Source: Spizellomyces punctatus DAOM BR117 (taxonomy: Eukaryota). From it: a stretch of DNA of 64,000 bases. The stretch lies in assembly GCA_000182565.2 (NCBI GenBank), contig KQ257466.1; one strand, 5' to 3'. The translations under genes and the position numbers were made by a program. The notes under the pieces are model-generated. The model had not been told where the DNA came from, did not search any database, and was given only the letters and a program-made list of their open reading frames with translations. Positions 1 to 12,400 of this stretch are shown here, piece by piece; positions within the stretch are counted from its first letter, which is position 1, and each line of letters starts with the position of its first letter.

Positions 1-1394
1 GACGGGAGGCAGTAGCGGTGGCGGAACGTGGGATTCATCTCGACGAGTGTCGGGCGGAAATGCTGCAAACAACCCGGCCGGAACGATTGGATCAGGATTC
101 CCAAGTGCTTGGGGACAATCAAAATGGGATGCTCCTAGACGGGCTTCAGGTGGAAGCACCGTCAGCGCGGGAGGTGGCGCTGGATGGGGAGCTGGAACCA
201 GGCTCTCCGGTTCCAGTACATCATTAGCCGCCCCGAGCAATGGCCTCTCACTCAACATTTCGCGTCCCCCTTCGGCTGCTAGCATATCGAGTGTATCTAG
301 CCGTGCTGGAAGCGAAGTAGATGCCGACACGGTCACACCAAAGTCTATATGGCCGCACATTGCGCATGCTGGGGTCTCTGGGTGGACAAGTCCGTTCTCA
401 ACCTACCATCTCCGCAAGCCCCAGGTCGCGATTGGGCTGAATCCGCGGGTGCTTCTGCAGCAGCTCATACTTTTGGATGATGAGGATAGTCTGACCATTC
501 GAGCAGACGTAGGCGAAGCTGGCGTTGTGATGCTATATGAATTGTATTTTGAATCCTCTGGTGAGACATCATATTTTGCATGCGACTGCCAAAAACACAT
601 TTGCTCATTATTTTGCTGCTGCTTGCAATTCAGATGGTGGAAAAAAGTGTATGTACGAAATGGACGCTATGCCTCGATTAGATAGGTTAGGTCCCCTCCC
701 ACGACCGCGGTATCATCACATTTGTCAGATTGCATCCCAAGAATTCGCAAAGATCTTTGGAGCCTTGGGTGATACCAGCGATAAAGGTGAGGGAAACATA
801 TGGTGATACAATGCTCTCGCAGAACCAATTGCTCAACATGTCGTATTAGTGATCATTTCCGCGAAAAAGTCGTCCATCACATTTTGCTCTTCGGGTGCGG
901 AGGGAACATTGCAGGTTGGATTGGCGCAACGGCCACTTCCGAATGGGGAACCAGTATGTTGTCATTCTCGCTGTGCTATGTTTTCAAGCACAACTGAAAT
1001 CTGTTCTCCGAACCACTAGAATCCGCGTTTTAAAGTCCACTGCCACTCCGCCTCCCTGCGTCAGACCTTTGATTCGCGTTACCTTCGCGGGTTCACCCTC
1101 GCTACGCCACTCTCGCCGTCCGTTGTCTTGTACTTTGGTACCGGACGTACGCCTTTGCGCCTGACATTCCCCATCGTGGTAGACATGGAATTATCATCTG
1201 ATGGGACCAAGGAATCGATGACCCTTGCCTCTGGAAAGACGCTTGGCCCTGGCGGATTTTCTGTGAGTATGAGTCCTTTTGTGGGATCAGAGAGAGCTGG
1301 AGAGAGCAGTAGTAAACGACGGACTGTGATTGGTGTGGTGGAGTACATTTTATGGCCAGAAGCCGAACGAGGAATCGGAGATTTGAGGGTTTAG
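1..1394 (+). CDS. Divergent PCNA-like sliding-clamp protein, 5' partial, with low-complexity insertions
   Basis: Exons <1-560, 634-786, 850-953, 1020-1394 with GT-AG introns. Translation gives FSTYHLRKPQVAIGLN..DEDSLTIRAD, YEMDAMPRLDRLGPLPRPRYHHICQIASQEFAKIF, VIISAKKSSITFCSSG, QTFDSRYLRGFTLATPLSPSVVLYF and IGVVEYILWP. These are colinear with PCNA motifs [82 protein letters not shown] and MGHLKYYLAP. Confidence 0.8.
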
Positions 1395-1905
1395 ACATTT
1401 CACAAATGATTTAAAGATTCTAGAGCATTGGGGAAGAAAAACGTACAGAATAGAGTGGCGAGAGTGTGGTAGCTTGGTGTCGTGGCTTCTGTGGGTTTCC
1501 AAGTTTGGTGTATTTTATAGACATCCGATAGACTCTATACTGCCTTACAGTCAACCCTAAGATCCTGCTGTATCTGCATAAGACAACTCCGAAGTGCTTC
1601 TGATTTCTCGTGGCGTTACCTTGGTTGCCTCATCAAGAATCACACGGCATATAAAAGATAGAGCATCCTTAAGTATGGAACACAACAAATCTGATTACTT
1701 TGGATCCTGTGGCAAAGCCCGACTTGAGATTTCAGTTACGGATCAGAAATTTACACTTGTTTTGGGTTTTTACAGCACATACAACAGCTAATCTACTTTA
1801 CAGATCTTGTTTGCTATAAACATTGAGACCAGCTATGGATCTACTTGCGCACTTTTGTTTACGTTCGTCTCATCTATATACATGTAACGTATACCAGCAG
1901 CAGCG

Positions 1906-3398
1906 CTACTTACACACAAACTGCTTTCCTTCCTTTAAAAATGGTTTTGCTCTATTCATATCGACAGGTGGGCCTGGCCTGCCAGCGCGATCACCTTTGA
2001 ACTCAAAGTACTCGCTCACAAAGTCTTCGTCACGTGCAGCACGTTCAGCAGCCAGCTTTCTCTGTGCATCTTCTATCCTTCTTTTCTCATTCGTGGCGAG
2101 TGTAAAGTCCTTGGCTAACAGTGCTGAGGTGACTGGTTCCCATATTCGGCGGGACTCGAGTGGATGTTGGTCTTCCAGGGGGAGTGTTTGCTTTTTGGCG
2201 GGAGTGGACGTGTGCATGTCGAAAAGAAGACGGGGTTTTGCGTCGCTGTCTTGAGTAGTTTTCACACAAAAGATTTGACCATTCCATTGGCCGTAAAGTC
2301 GGCACACCACATCCTTGTCCTTGATTTTACTCAATTTTTCCTTTTCTTTGCGCTCCTTGTCCGTATATGATTTGTCGGCTTCGTAATCATACTTGAAAAT
2401 CTTTCCTTCAATGGCGAACTTGGCCTTGCCAAACATGGACTCTTCCTTATACTCCAATACGGCTTTAAGGCCTGTCTTTGGGCAGGTGATAATGGCGCTC
2501 TCGCCCACGACGACGTATGGAGACCCAGAAAGCCAGCCTGTGACTGATGCCCATGGGTGTTGGATGTTGTATTCTTCGTCGTCAAGGGAGGTGAGCGTTA
2601 TGTAGATGCCGTGGTTTTGGGCACCTGGACCGACTTTGATGTCTGGATGATCACATAAGTTTTGGAAACCCTAGTCACGCAACACAGCAGATATAGAAAG
2701 CCAAACGACTCACTTGTTCCTGTGAATCTCGCAGAAATATGATCTACACCACGTCCAATAATACCCTTCTCCTTACATTCATAATAGTAGGCGGATACGG
2801 GAGGGTGATGCGAAATTTGCTCGGTGATACATGTGACTTTGAGCGGAGTATCATCTACAAGCGTTTTCTCGCTCTCCTGGTCGGTGTTTGTCTGGTCTGT
2901 CGATGTACTCGACCGTGGCTCGGCGGAAGGAGAGACATCATTGAGGGGTACATCCCACCAGCACAGGAACCGCTCCCCCAGGATCGAATTGTACGGTTTC
3001 CGAATGCGCTGGTCCTTCCATTTCGTGTCTTTTGAATACCACCATCTAATGACACGAAGCATACGCTCGAGAGGGTCTTCACCATCTGGGATTGTAACAA
3101 AGTAGTCAGGACGGTCCATGTAGTTCCAGAACTCGAGGTTAGACTCGGGTTCCATAAGAGAAGCCGGAAGGGAGAGGCGCCTACAAGTATTTTTAAGAAA
3201 ATGAGCATTCGATCTATCCAATTCGTTCATTCACATCACTCGTACTTACATGCTGCTCAAATCCTTGACACCCACCAACTTTTTTAGCATTCCAAACACA
3301 AACTTGACCTTGGACGTTCCTTCAGCATGGTCAAGGTTTTCCGTTTCCATTGCTACGGTCGCCGCGGTCTTGTCGTCCATCTTGTCTTTTCCACTCAT
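1906..3398 (-). CDS. Oxysterol-binding protein (OSBP/ORP, short Osh-type)
   Basis: Signature EQISHHPPVSAYY, RKPYNSILGE, LESRRIW, ATNEKRRIEDAQR; multi-exon (ORFs 2598-3230 and 1906-2508). Confidence 0.92.
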
Positions 3399-4458
3399 TT
3401 CTGCTATTTCCAAAGGCCAAAGTCGCTGTCAAGCCAGAGCAGTTTGAAAGAAAACCCCAAGTTAACGACGGAGAAATCTAAAGAAGTTCAAATGGCGATC
3501 CTGGGGGGCAAAATGGAGGCCCAAACACGCGGCCATGTGGGGCACGTACCGCAGTGGCGTCTCGTCTAAATTATGAAACATAAGGGGGGGCCTCCGATGA
3601 TCATGTAAGAGATTTCTGTATTTCAACTTATTCAAGATGAATTGTTGAACAACGTAAGAGCAAGAATGCAAACAATGGAACAAAGCCACTGGAGGTTCGG
3701 ATATATATTCCACAAACGGAATCTCGACTATGAAGACGAGCATGGAAATCCAACTGCATGCACGGGGGGATGCAGCTCATCATGCTTCACACAAGTCCGC
3801 CTCCCATATGTACGATGATGGTCACCATGATAAACCCATTTGACTGCTCGTGGAATACGAATTGCCATTTGCATATGAAATAACATATGAAATAACTCAT
3901 TGCAAATTGCACGCGTAAAGTTCCCGCATTGGCGGAATTCGATTTTTCAAGCGTATGGACTACGAAATCATACGTAATCCGTAACTCCGATCTGTTTTCG
4001 TCATGCATCAGATAGACACGAAAAAAAATAAGGTTTTCATAACTGGTTGGTCTTTTTCATTCCAGTTGCTTTGCGATTCAAAAGTGCATCCTTCGTCATA
4101 TGCCAACTTTCCAACAATTCTTCTTGCTAGGTATTTGCTTCAAATTACCTCATGCGTCAGGCATGCTAGTCCTTTCGATGAGCGGGATTGTCCTTGCAGT
4201 ATATGGATGGTCTACCGAGCGCGCGCATTTTCCGTTGCAGCGCGTGTAAGATGGACTTGGGTAACGCCACTGAACTTCTTGAGGGTTAATACCGTCATTG
4301 TGATGCTGCAGCAAAAAAACAGTGGAGGTGCAGCTGCGTCAATCTGCAGCAGCACTTTAAAAGGGAGGCATGGAGGAGGTCGACCTCCAGAACATCAACT
4401 CTCAACATCTACTTCAAATAACTAGTCACTACACCTTCACATTAATCAAAGAAACAAG

Positions 4459-5302
4459 ATGGGTCTCATTAGCGCCTTGAAAAACGCTGGCCACTCCCAC
4501 TCCAACAATGAAAAGTCTTCCAATGTGGATTCCGACAGTACTGTAAACCAATCTTCCGCACCCCAATCGACCACAACTACCGACACATCTTCGGCTAACC
4601 CAACCGCCGGTGCCTCCGAGTACTGCCACACTCAAAACGCCCCCGTAACTCGCGAAAATGTTCGTGAACACCACGCTACAGAAGTGACACCCATTGTCTC
4701 TCGCGAACGCGACGAAACCATCGTCCAACAATCCGTCCAACCCATCCACGACCACGTTCAAGCCGAGACTCAGCATCACTACGCTCAGAACGCCGGTATC
4801 GCCCGTGAATCCAGCGAGGAGCTGAATGCGGAGGACGCAAGGCGGTACCAGAAAAACAGAGAGTTAGTTACTGGGGGACGTACGGTGGAACAAGAGAATG
4901 AGGGCGTCAGAGTCACTGCCCCGATCGTAAAGGAAAAGGTCAATAAGCACGTTATTGAGGAAGTTCAGCCCGTTATTGAGAGGACCATTGACCAGACGGT
5001 ATGTTAGTATGTTAAGCGATCGGCTGCAACCCTATGCGGTCGCATTCTACACACGGACAAAGTCTCATATCTTTGTCATGTTTTAGCACGTTGTGCACAC
5101 TGCACAGCCCATCTATGAACATCAGACAGCCGCTCCCAAGGTATTGATCCCCTACATCACAGTGTTTTTGAACAAATTCAATTCTAACTGATCATCCATC
5201 AAGGTCGCGGATGTACGCTACAATAACCCCATTTCGATGGAAGAGTTTGAAAAGCGAGGTGGCTCAATGAGTGGGACTGGGTTGAGCTGCGAAAGGCGTT
5301 AA
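4459..5302 (+). CDS. Hydrophilic His/Glu/Val-rich fungal 'allergen'-type stress protein
   Basis: ORF 4459-5007 plus two short downstream exons ending at TAA 5300-5302. Repeated motifs VQPIHDH and HVIEEVQPVIER are typical of this fungal family. Confidence 0.65.
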
Positions 5303-5678
5303 GAAACGCAAACTGTAGCTACCTCTGCTACCATACCTTATTTGATAATATATTGCTGTCAACATACCGACAGTTTTGGTGTCATATATGTGTGCACAAA
5401 TAATAAATTCAATGTGAAATTACAGAAAGTACCACAAAAGAATGAATAACAAAAGTATCAAATAAAAGAAAACACGCCCTGCCCAATACGGTATCCTCTT
5501 TCCAAAGCTCCAGCCCAACTCCAACAGCAATGAAAGGTATGTCGCGAAATAAAACCGAAAGGCTCAAATCGCTGAGAAGAGGGAGAAATGCAATACTGAG
5601 CCCATACTTAACGCCTATTTGTAGTACAATCCCAACCGCAAGGTATCTGCCTATTATAGAAATGTACGCTGTGTCCGT

Positions 5679-7487
5679 TCAGAGAAAGCTTCCACTGCTA
5701 CCCAACAGCGAAGTTCCATTCAATAACGACTCAGTCTCCTCCATGGCACTCAATCCCATCCCACCAGTTGAGACCTTGTCTCCACCGTATCCGTTTTCAT
5801 TCGCAGGGCCTGCGGCAGCAGCAGCGGCAACAGCAGCGGCTCTTTGCACAGCACTCTCCCTAGGTGGGCGCGGTGGGTTGCCGCATCGGTCCTTCCCATA
5901 GTTTATCTTGTACTTTCCGTAGTCAGGAACCAACTTCATTGATTCAACAGCCTTGACAGCGCTCATAATGTCCACAAAATTCACGAAACCAATATTTTTT
6001 TCCGGAATGATGTTGACCAGCTCAATGTCGCCAAACTCGCTAAAGTCCTTGCGCAAACGGTCTTCCGTAATCAATTCGTCAATCGCTCCAATGTAGACGT
6101 TACGCGAAGCTCCCGATTGAACGGCAACTGCAACTGACTGTGGCAGGGAGGTCGCCTTTCCCCAACCAACCTTGAGCCGCTTCCCCTTCAGCACAACCCC
6201 TTCGTAAGTACCTCGGTTATAAAAGTTGACAGCTGAACTAGGATCGATGAACGTGACAAATGCAATGTTCTTGTCGGGCATATACTTGATATTTTGAAGA
6301 ATACCACCGCGAATGACCTGCGCATAACGAAAATCAGAAAAGCCAAAGCACTATTCGGGAATCGTGAAAGTAGAAACATACATCACACAAGTCCTTGGTC
6401 GTAACATCCGGGTGAATACTTCCGAGATATACTGTGCGATTTGTACCCGCATTGCCATTCATCTGGCCCGAAAGGCCATTGAACGGATCAAATGTCATCC
6501 CAAAGCCCATATTTTGTACGAGTCCTGCAAAAAAGACGATAAATCGGTGGAGCTGAAAGAAATGTACTTGATCACACCCAAAAACATACCAGCGACTTTT
6601 GGTTGGTAGGCACATCGATCCTTTCCATAGTTGATACGGCGATTTGCCCAACGCGAGTCGTTGGGAAGAGTACTAACCGCCTTCATCGCTGCAGCAATGC
6701 TCGCCATGTGAACGAAAGCAATCCGCTTTTCAAAAAGAATCTTGATCTGATCCACAGGACCAAACCGGCCAAACTCTTGCGTCAACATTGGTTCCGTCAC
6801 TCCTTCGTCAATGTTTCCAATGAAGACGTTCCGCGAGGCGCCTCCCTGGATTGCAGCGAGAATGGTTGGGGGAATAGTAGAGTGCTTTCCCCATCCGACC
6901 TTGATCTCCTGGGTGCCAATGTGAGGCCGTTTGGCTTGCGAATCCGCGTGAAACGCGTGGGCAGCGGTTGCTTCTACAAAGGTAACAAATGCGCAATTCT
7001 TCTCCTCGAGAATCTTGACTTGCTCAAGTGACCCTCCTTTCACTATGTTGATGACTTCCTCATATGAAACCAACGGCGGAAGGTTACCAAGATAGATTGT
7101 ACGCATCGTCTGATTGAAAGCATGGCTGGCAGCCTGATAGTGCTGGCTCGTATGGAATGCCGTTGACGGAAACTGGTTATAGGAACCGCTCTGGGAGAAC
7201 TGCGTCTGGTACTGATTCGGGTTCATCCCTTGATATGGGCCAAGGCCTTGACTTGCGCTCGCCTGCGGGGGAGGACTGCCGAGTCCAGCCATGCCACCCA
7301 TACCGGAGAGAACGTTCACGTAGGGGCCCATTGATCCGAACTGTCCGTAAAGATCAGCATTGTTTTGATTGAAGCCTCCGGGGGGGCTGGCACCGAGAGG
7401 ATATCCATAGGGAGTCTGCGGACTAAACCGCTGTTTCTTATAATTATCCACGGCTGGCTGAGGACCATAGTCATTGCTGCGCTTCAT
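5679..7487 (-). CDS. Four-RRM RNA-binding protein, Nrd1(S. pombe)/Mrn1-like
   Basis: RRM pairs RTIYLGNL/KNCAFVTF, SRNVFIGNI/KRIAFVHM, RTVYLGSI/KNIAFVTF and SRNVYIGAI/KNIGFVNF; characteristic KVGWGK and INYGKDRC motifs. Confidence 0.9.
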
Positions 7488-9477
7488 CGCGGCAATGACG
7501 GGTTGAAGTAGGGATGGCAGTTTGCTAGTAAGTCATAGAGGAAGACAAGGATTTAGGCTTGTCACACTCCAGATTTGCCTGCACAGATTCACCAACCTTA
7601 GATTTCAATGGCGACAACAAAAAAGTCGTCGCAAATAATTCGAATTAGAAATTAAAATACAATCCGAGAGGAGACTAGAACCAGATCTATTAGTGATCAT
7701 CGATCAATCATACGTTTGCCTTCATGCCACTTACGATAAACCTGTACCAATATACTATGATACAGCTAGGGAGGTGTCTCAAAAAGCCAGTGTCGACAAT
7801 GGATCTAATGAAACATGGAAGAGAATACGACATATTAGTACAAGATCCTGGCAGATCACGCAGATGGTCTCCGACGACCGCACCAAAAAAAGTAAAAGAA
7901 TAACAAGAAAGCCGCACCTCCGAATGCAAAAACAAAAGGGTATGGTATATAAAATACACAGAAAGGAAGGAACAGGAAACAGAAAATAAACTTGAACAGA
8001 ACACGTCAAAGGGCAAGGATTTATTTTTACTGATGGGTGGGCGGAAGGAAGGAAGGGTGAGGACAAAGGGCAATAAAAACAAATCCGAAACCAACGCAAA
8101 CGCAACTGTAAACTGCATCAAGAAAACCAAGTTTCCCACCTCCCGCGTTCTCGCCGGATCGTCATGCAAAAAACCAAGCAAGCTACTTTTGCACGTGAAA
8201 CCTTGGACAGTCACCTAGTCCAGTTGACATGTCGACAAGATCTGCGACATTCAGGACATTATCCACCAAGCCTTCCTCTTTTCCACCCGGTATCATAGGT
8301 CGCTTGCCAAAAGACTCGATTCCCACACCCCTGTTGTCTCATCTCCACCCTCCAAGTCAAGCGTGATCTACTCACCAACTGAACCGACGACATGTACGCG
8401 CTGACCCTCAGTGACATGGGGATAAAACCAAGCGAACGGAAGCTCTTCCAACGTAGGCACAGGGCTGCGTGTGTCAAATAGACTCGACACACAAAAAAAG
8501 GGTTTCCTCGCTGGAAAGGGCAGGTAGGAACCTCCAAAGAAAAAATATATACGACAAAGGGAAGGGGAATATAAACCACCAAATAAAACCGACTCTGAGC
8601 TTCTTTTTTGACCAAAAGACCCTCCGATAGCCCCGCAACCTTCTTTGGTATGAACGACGACAAAGGTTTGCCCGTCGAACAATTCGAAAAAAGCAAAGCG
8701 GTGAAAAGCTAAAGGACAAGCGGCTTAAACCACCTCCGGTTGACAAGGGCAACCAGCAAAGCTAAACCAAGCAAACTAAACCAGCAAGCCACAGGCAAGA
8801 GTGTGCATTGGATTCAACTCAACTACTGATTATATCCAAGCGCAACCCACTCCAATGCAAAGTAGTTGCCAACAACAGAAAAGGTTTTTACTTTCTTCCA
8901 AAGTGTTTTTTCTTCTTCTGCCTTTTACACGTACAGTAGGTACGCGCCCTACCAACTTATGTTTTTTTTTTGTTTAGCGAACTTTGCAAAAGGGTTTACT
9001 GAGCGACTAGCAAATTGACCAGATTTGGTTGGACGCGTTTTAGTTTAATTGTTCGCCCTCTGCTGCGCGCACATGAAGAGTGTTCATTTTCGCAACTAGT
9101 TTCGTTTGCCCAAAAACACTCGAGTTTAAACAGCTCAGCTCAGAGTAATGTTTGCAAAACAATGTTTGCAAGATAACAATCACGCATCTCCTATATATTT
9201 CTATACTACTATACACAAAAAAAAAGGATAGAAAAACAAAAGGCAGTCTGGTAGATGACCATTGCCAGATTCCTACGCCGGATATGAAAAGCTCCATTTT
9301 ACGCAAAAAAAAGCATACACTCACATCCATCTTTCAACTACGCCATCGCATCCACATCATCTCCGCACATCCGCACACCATGCAGAAACGCGAGATAAAA
9401 GAAAATAAAAAAACAAACAAGAATACACAAAACAAAAAAAATAAAGAACCTATACAGGGAATCGAGTCTCCAGAGAC

Positions 9478-12400
9478 CTATACAGGCCCATCCCGCCCAA
9501 CACATACGCCAACAGGACTCGCTTTCTCAGATTCTTCTGTGCCAACTTTGGCTTCAACAGCTTTCAACTGATTCTTTAGCTGTCGAATTTCAGTTGCCAT
9601 AGCCTCACACTTGTTGACCAGATCCGCATACCACGCCTTTTCTAGCCGTCCAATGACCGGTCCATACTCTTCTTCCTCGTCCTCAGGAGTCGGAAGCGAG
9701 TCCAGACCTTCTCGTGTCGATTTTGATGCACAAAAGTTTTCGACACTTGCCAGTCGTCCTAGTCGGAGTCCGTTTCGTGGGGCGCTGTTCTCCATGGCCC
9801 GCTTGAGGCTGTTTGCATTGTCAGAATTGAGTCCAGCAAGGTTGCTACGAGCCCTTCTTAATACACGAGTTGGGTTCGCCGTCGACGTCTGATCCCCTGA
9901 TTCTTGCGTGTCATCTGGAGTGTGGTGCTCATATGCTGGTGGCGCCCCGCTACTCTTGCTCCTCAGTCGCACTGACAGTCGAGAAGATGTTGACTCTGTG
10001 GAAGCGATCCAATGAGGGAACGACGTGGGAGGCGACGTGGTACCATTGTTGATGGAAGTCCCAGCTTCACCGCCAAATCGATTCTTTAGGGTTTCAAAAA
10101 TGGTCTGTCGCTTGGCTCGTTCTGCTCTTGACGGAGAAGGAGGAACACTAATCTCGTCTCGAAGCAATGATGTCACCTTTTCCGATCCAGATGCTTCTTC
10201 CCTTGGTGGAACCGCAACAACTGGGATGAAGTCCTTTTCAGGAGGCGGAGGTGGGACGGCATCCATTTCCTTCTCAAGATTGGCAGTTTGGCCATTCTTT
10301 GAATAAATGTCTGGAATAGGTGGAACGGGTTCCATCGGTTCCTGGGCCCGTGAACCTTCTGCACTCAATAATCCATAAACGCCACTGTCTAACCCTCTTC
10401 GTCCGTCTTCTACGGCACCCTCCTCAGGAGGAGCGGCCACATTCGCAAGTGATCTCTTCGGGGCACCTGTAGAAGAGGTGGCCGCAGAGGCAGAAGTTAA
10501 GGGAGCCGACGGAAGTGGGGAAGGAAACGGTACTGATTGAACCGATGGCGTATAAGGCCGTGTTTTGCCAGGTTGTACACTTTCACCCGAGACTCGAACA
10601 CTTCTGGGGGGTGAAGGCGACATGTACGGCTGTTGCAACACAACAGGAGATGGAACTTGCATAGAAGAAACGACCGTGGTTTTGGAAGCACCTGCCAGGC
10701 CTTGTTCATTCCCTGCACTCTTACTCCTCCGTCGCGCCTTTGTTAAAAGACCTTTCAGATCTGCAAAACTAGATTTTCTCGACTCTTGCTTTAGCCGCAC
10801 ACTCTCCGACGATGAATCAGCCTTCATCTTGCCCGCTTTCAGCGCATCGGAAGACCGACTCCGTCTGAACAAACTGTCGATTGACCCGCGCACTACTTGC
10901 ACCAAATTTGAACTAGATGATTTACGCTGTGGTGATTTGTTCAGACTGGGCAAATCTGCCATCGACAGTGAGGAGGGTAAATGGTACGGGAATCTTCTGT
11001 TGCTGCTAGTCTCGCCCTCCTCGTAGTGCGGGAGTTGTACCGACGACGACCCTCTGTGCGACGTCACAAACGAGGAGCTGTCTTCACTTGACTGGTATTG
11101 GCGACCCAACCGAGCTCCAATAACGCCGTATCGCATACCATCTCCTCCACCTTCGCTCTGCTGTCTTTGCCGTGTGAAAGAGTCTGACCCACTCGCAGAT
11201 ACTTGCCCATGATTGCCATTCTCGCGCACGGGTGACGGTGGTGGTGCCGTTGGTACCACCGACCTATGCCCTGTTATCGTCGATGTTGATGTCGATTGCT
11301 GGCTTTGCGATTTCAGTGACATGCGATCTAAAGACGCCCGTCTACTTTTTGTCTCGGCAACAGTAGCGACGGGTTGCGCACTCACGGACACTTCACCGCG
11401 GATCTCGTCAGAAGTAGATTCTCCCGTATCTGAGTGGTAACTGATAAACTTTTGCCATTCGACAAGCTCAGTTTCAGATAATGACGAACCCTCCAGTACC
11501 GGTGGATGACTCAGTATTCGTTGCCTCCGACCCATGGATGAGACCGTAGTCTTGCCGTCCCACCGGGGCTGAATATTTGTCCTGTTTTCCAATGGTTCTA
11601 GTGAAGCTACGGTGGGAGCATTTGCTAGAGGCGCGAGAATGCTCTCCTTGAACGAATCCCTCGAGAGAGTATGGTGAGCAGGATTTGATATCAATGGCAA
11701 ATGCCCCTGAAGATGCTTCGACATTCCAACCGAGCCGGCCGATTCAGGACCGGGAGTGGGTGGTCGAAGGCGATTACCAATCGACGACCTTGGAGTATGC
11801 ATCCAGAGAAAGCTCGCAGGACTACTGGATTCACTATTAGTGGCACTAACTGGCGTGTGAGCACGTTCCAGTTCGTGCGGACCGCTTGAACCGAGGTCCG
11901 TTGTCGCGATGGTAAGCTTTACTGGGGAAGACGGCTGTTTAACTGCGTTAACAGATGGGCTTGACATCGACAGCCGCAACGAATTCATAACAGCAGTTGT
12001 CAACGTTGTCGCGCTTCCACTTGAACTTCCGCTATGCGCACGACTGCGCCTGCGTATGCTCTCTTTTACGATGGAAGGCAACGGCGGCATTGGTGGCGGC
12101 GGCTCTAGTATTGCTTGTGCAAGAGCTTCATCCGGACTTGGTATTGCTAGAGACGATGTTTTCCAGGACCGCGAAGACCCACCGCTCAACCGCTCACGCG
12201 GTGGGGTCCTCTGCGAGTCCATTGCGCCCGAGAGTGGGCCGACATCCCCTGGCTCGTCCGCAGCGTGATGAGGAAGAGCCATTTCAGCATTGGAGATAAT
12301 GCTCGCTCGTGGAAGGGGTACCGGATAGTGGGTGTTTCGAGTCTGCGATGCTTGGTCCAATTCCGTTGGCGATAACTCTGATCCCTTGAGTTTCTCGCGA

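Noticed and set aside
690-1525. Minus-strand ORFs 1079-1348 and 1102-1398 as a separate gene
   Set aside because: They are antisense shadows of the PCNA-like exons on +, with no coherent spliced product.
7693-9571. Several Phe- or Lys-rich ORFs
   Set aside because: Products of poly-A/poly-T low-complexity UTR or intergenic sequence.
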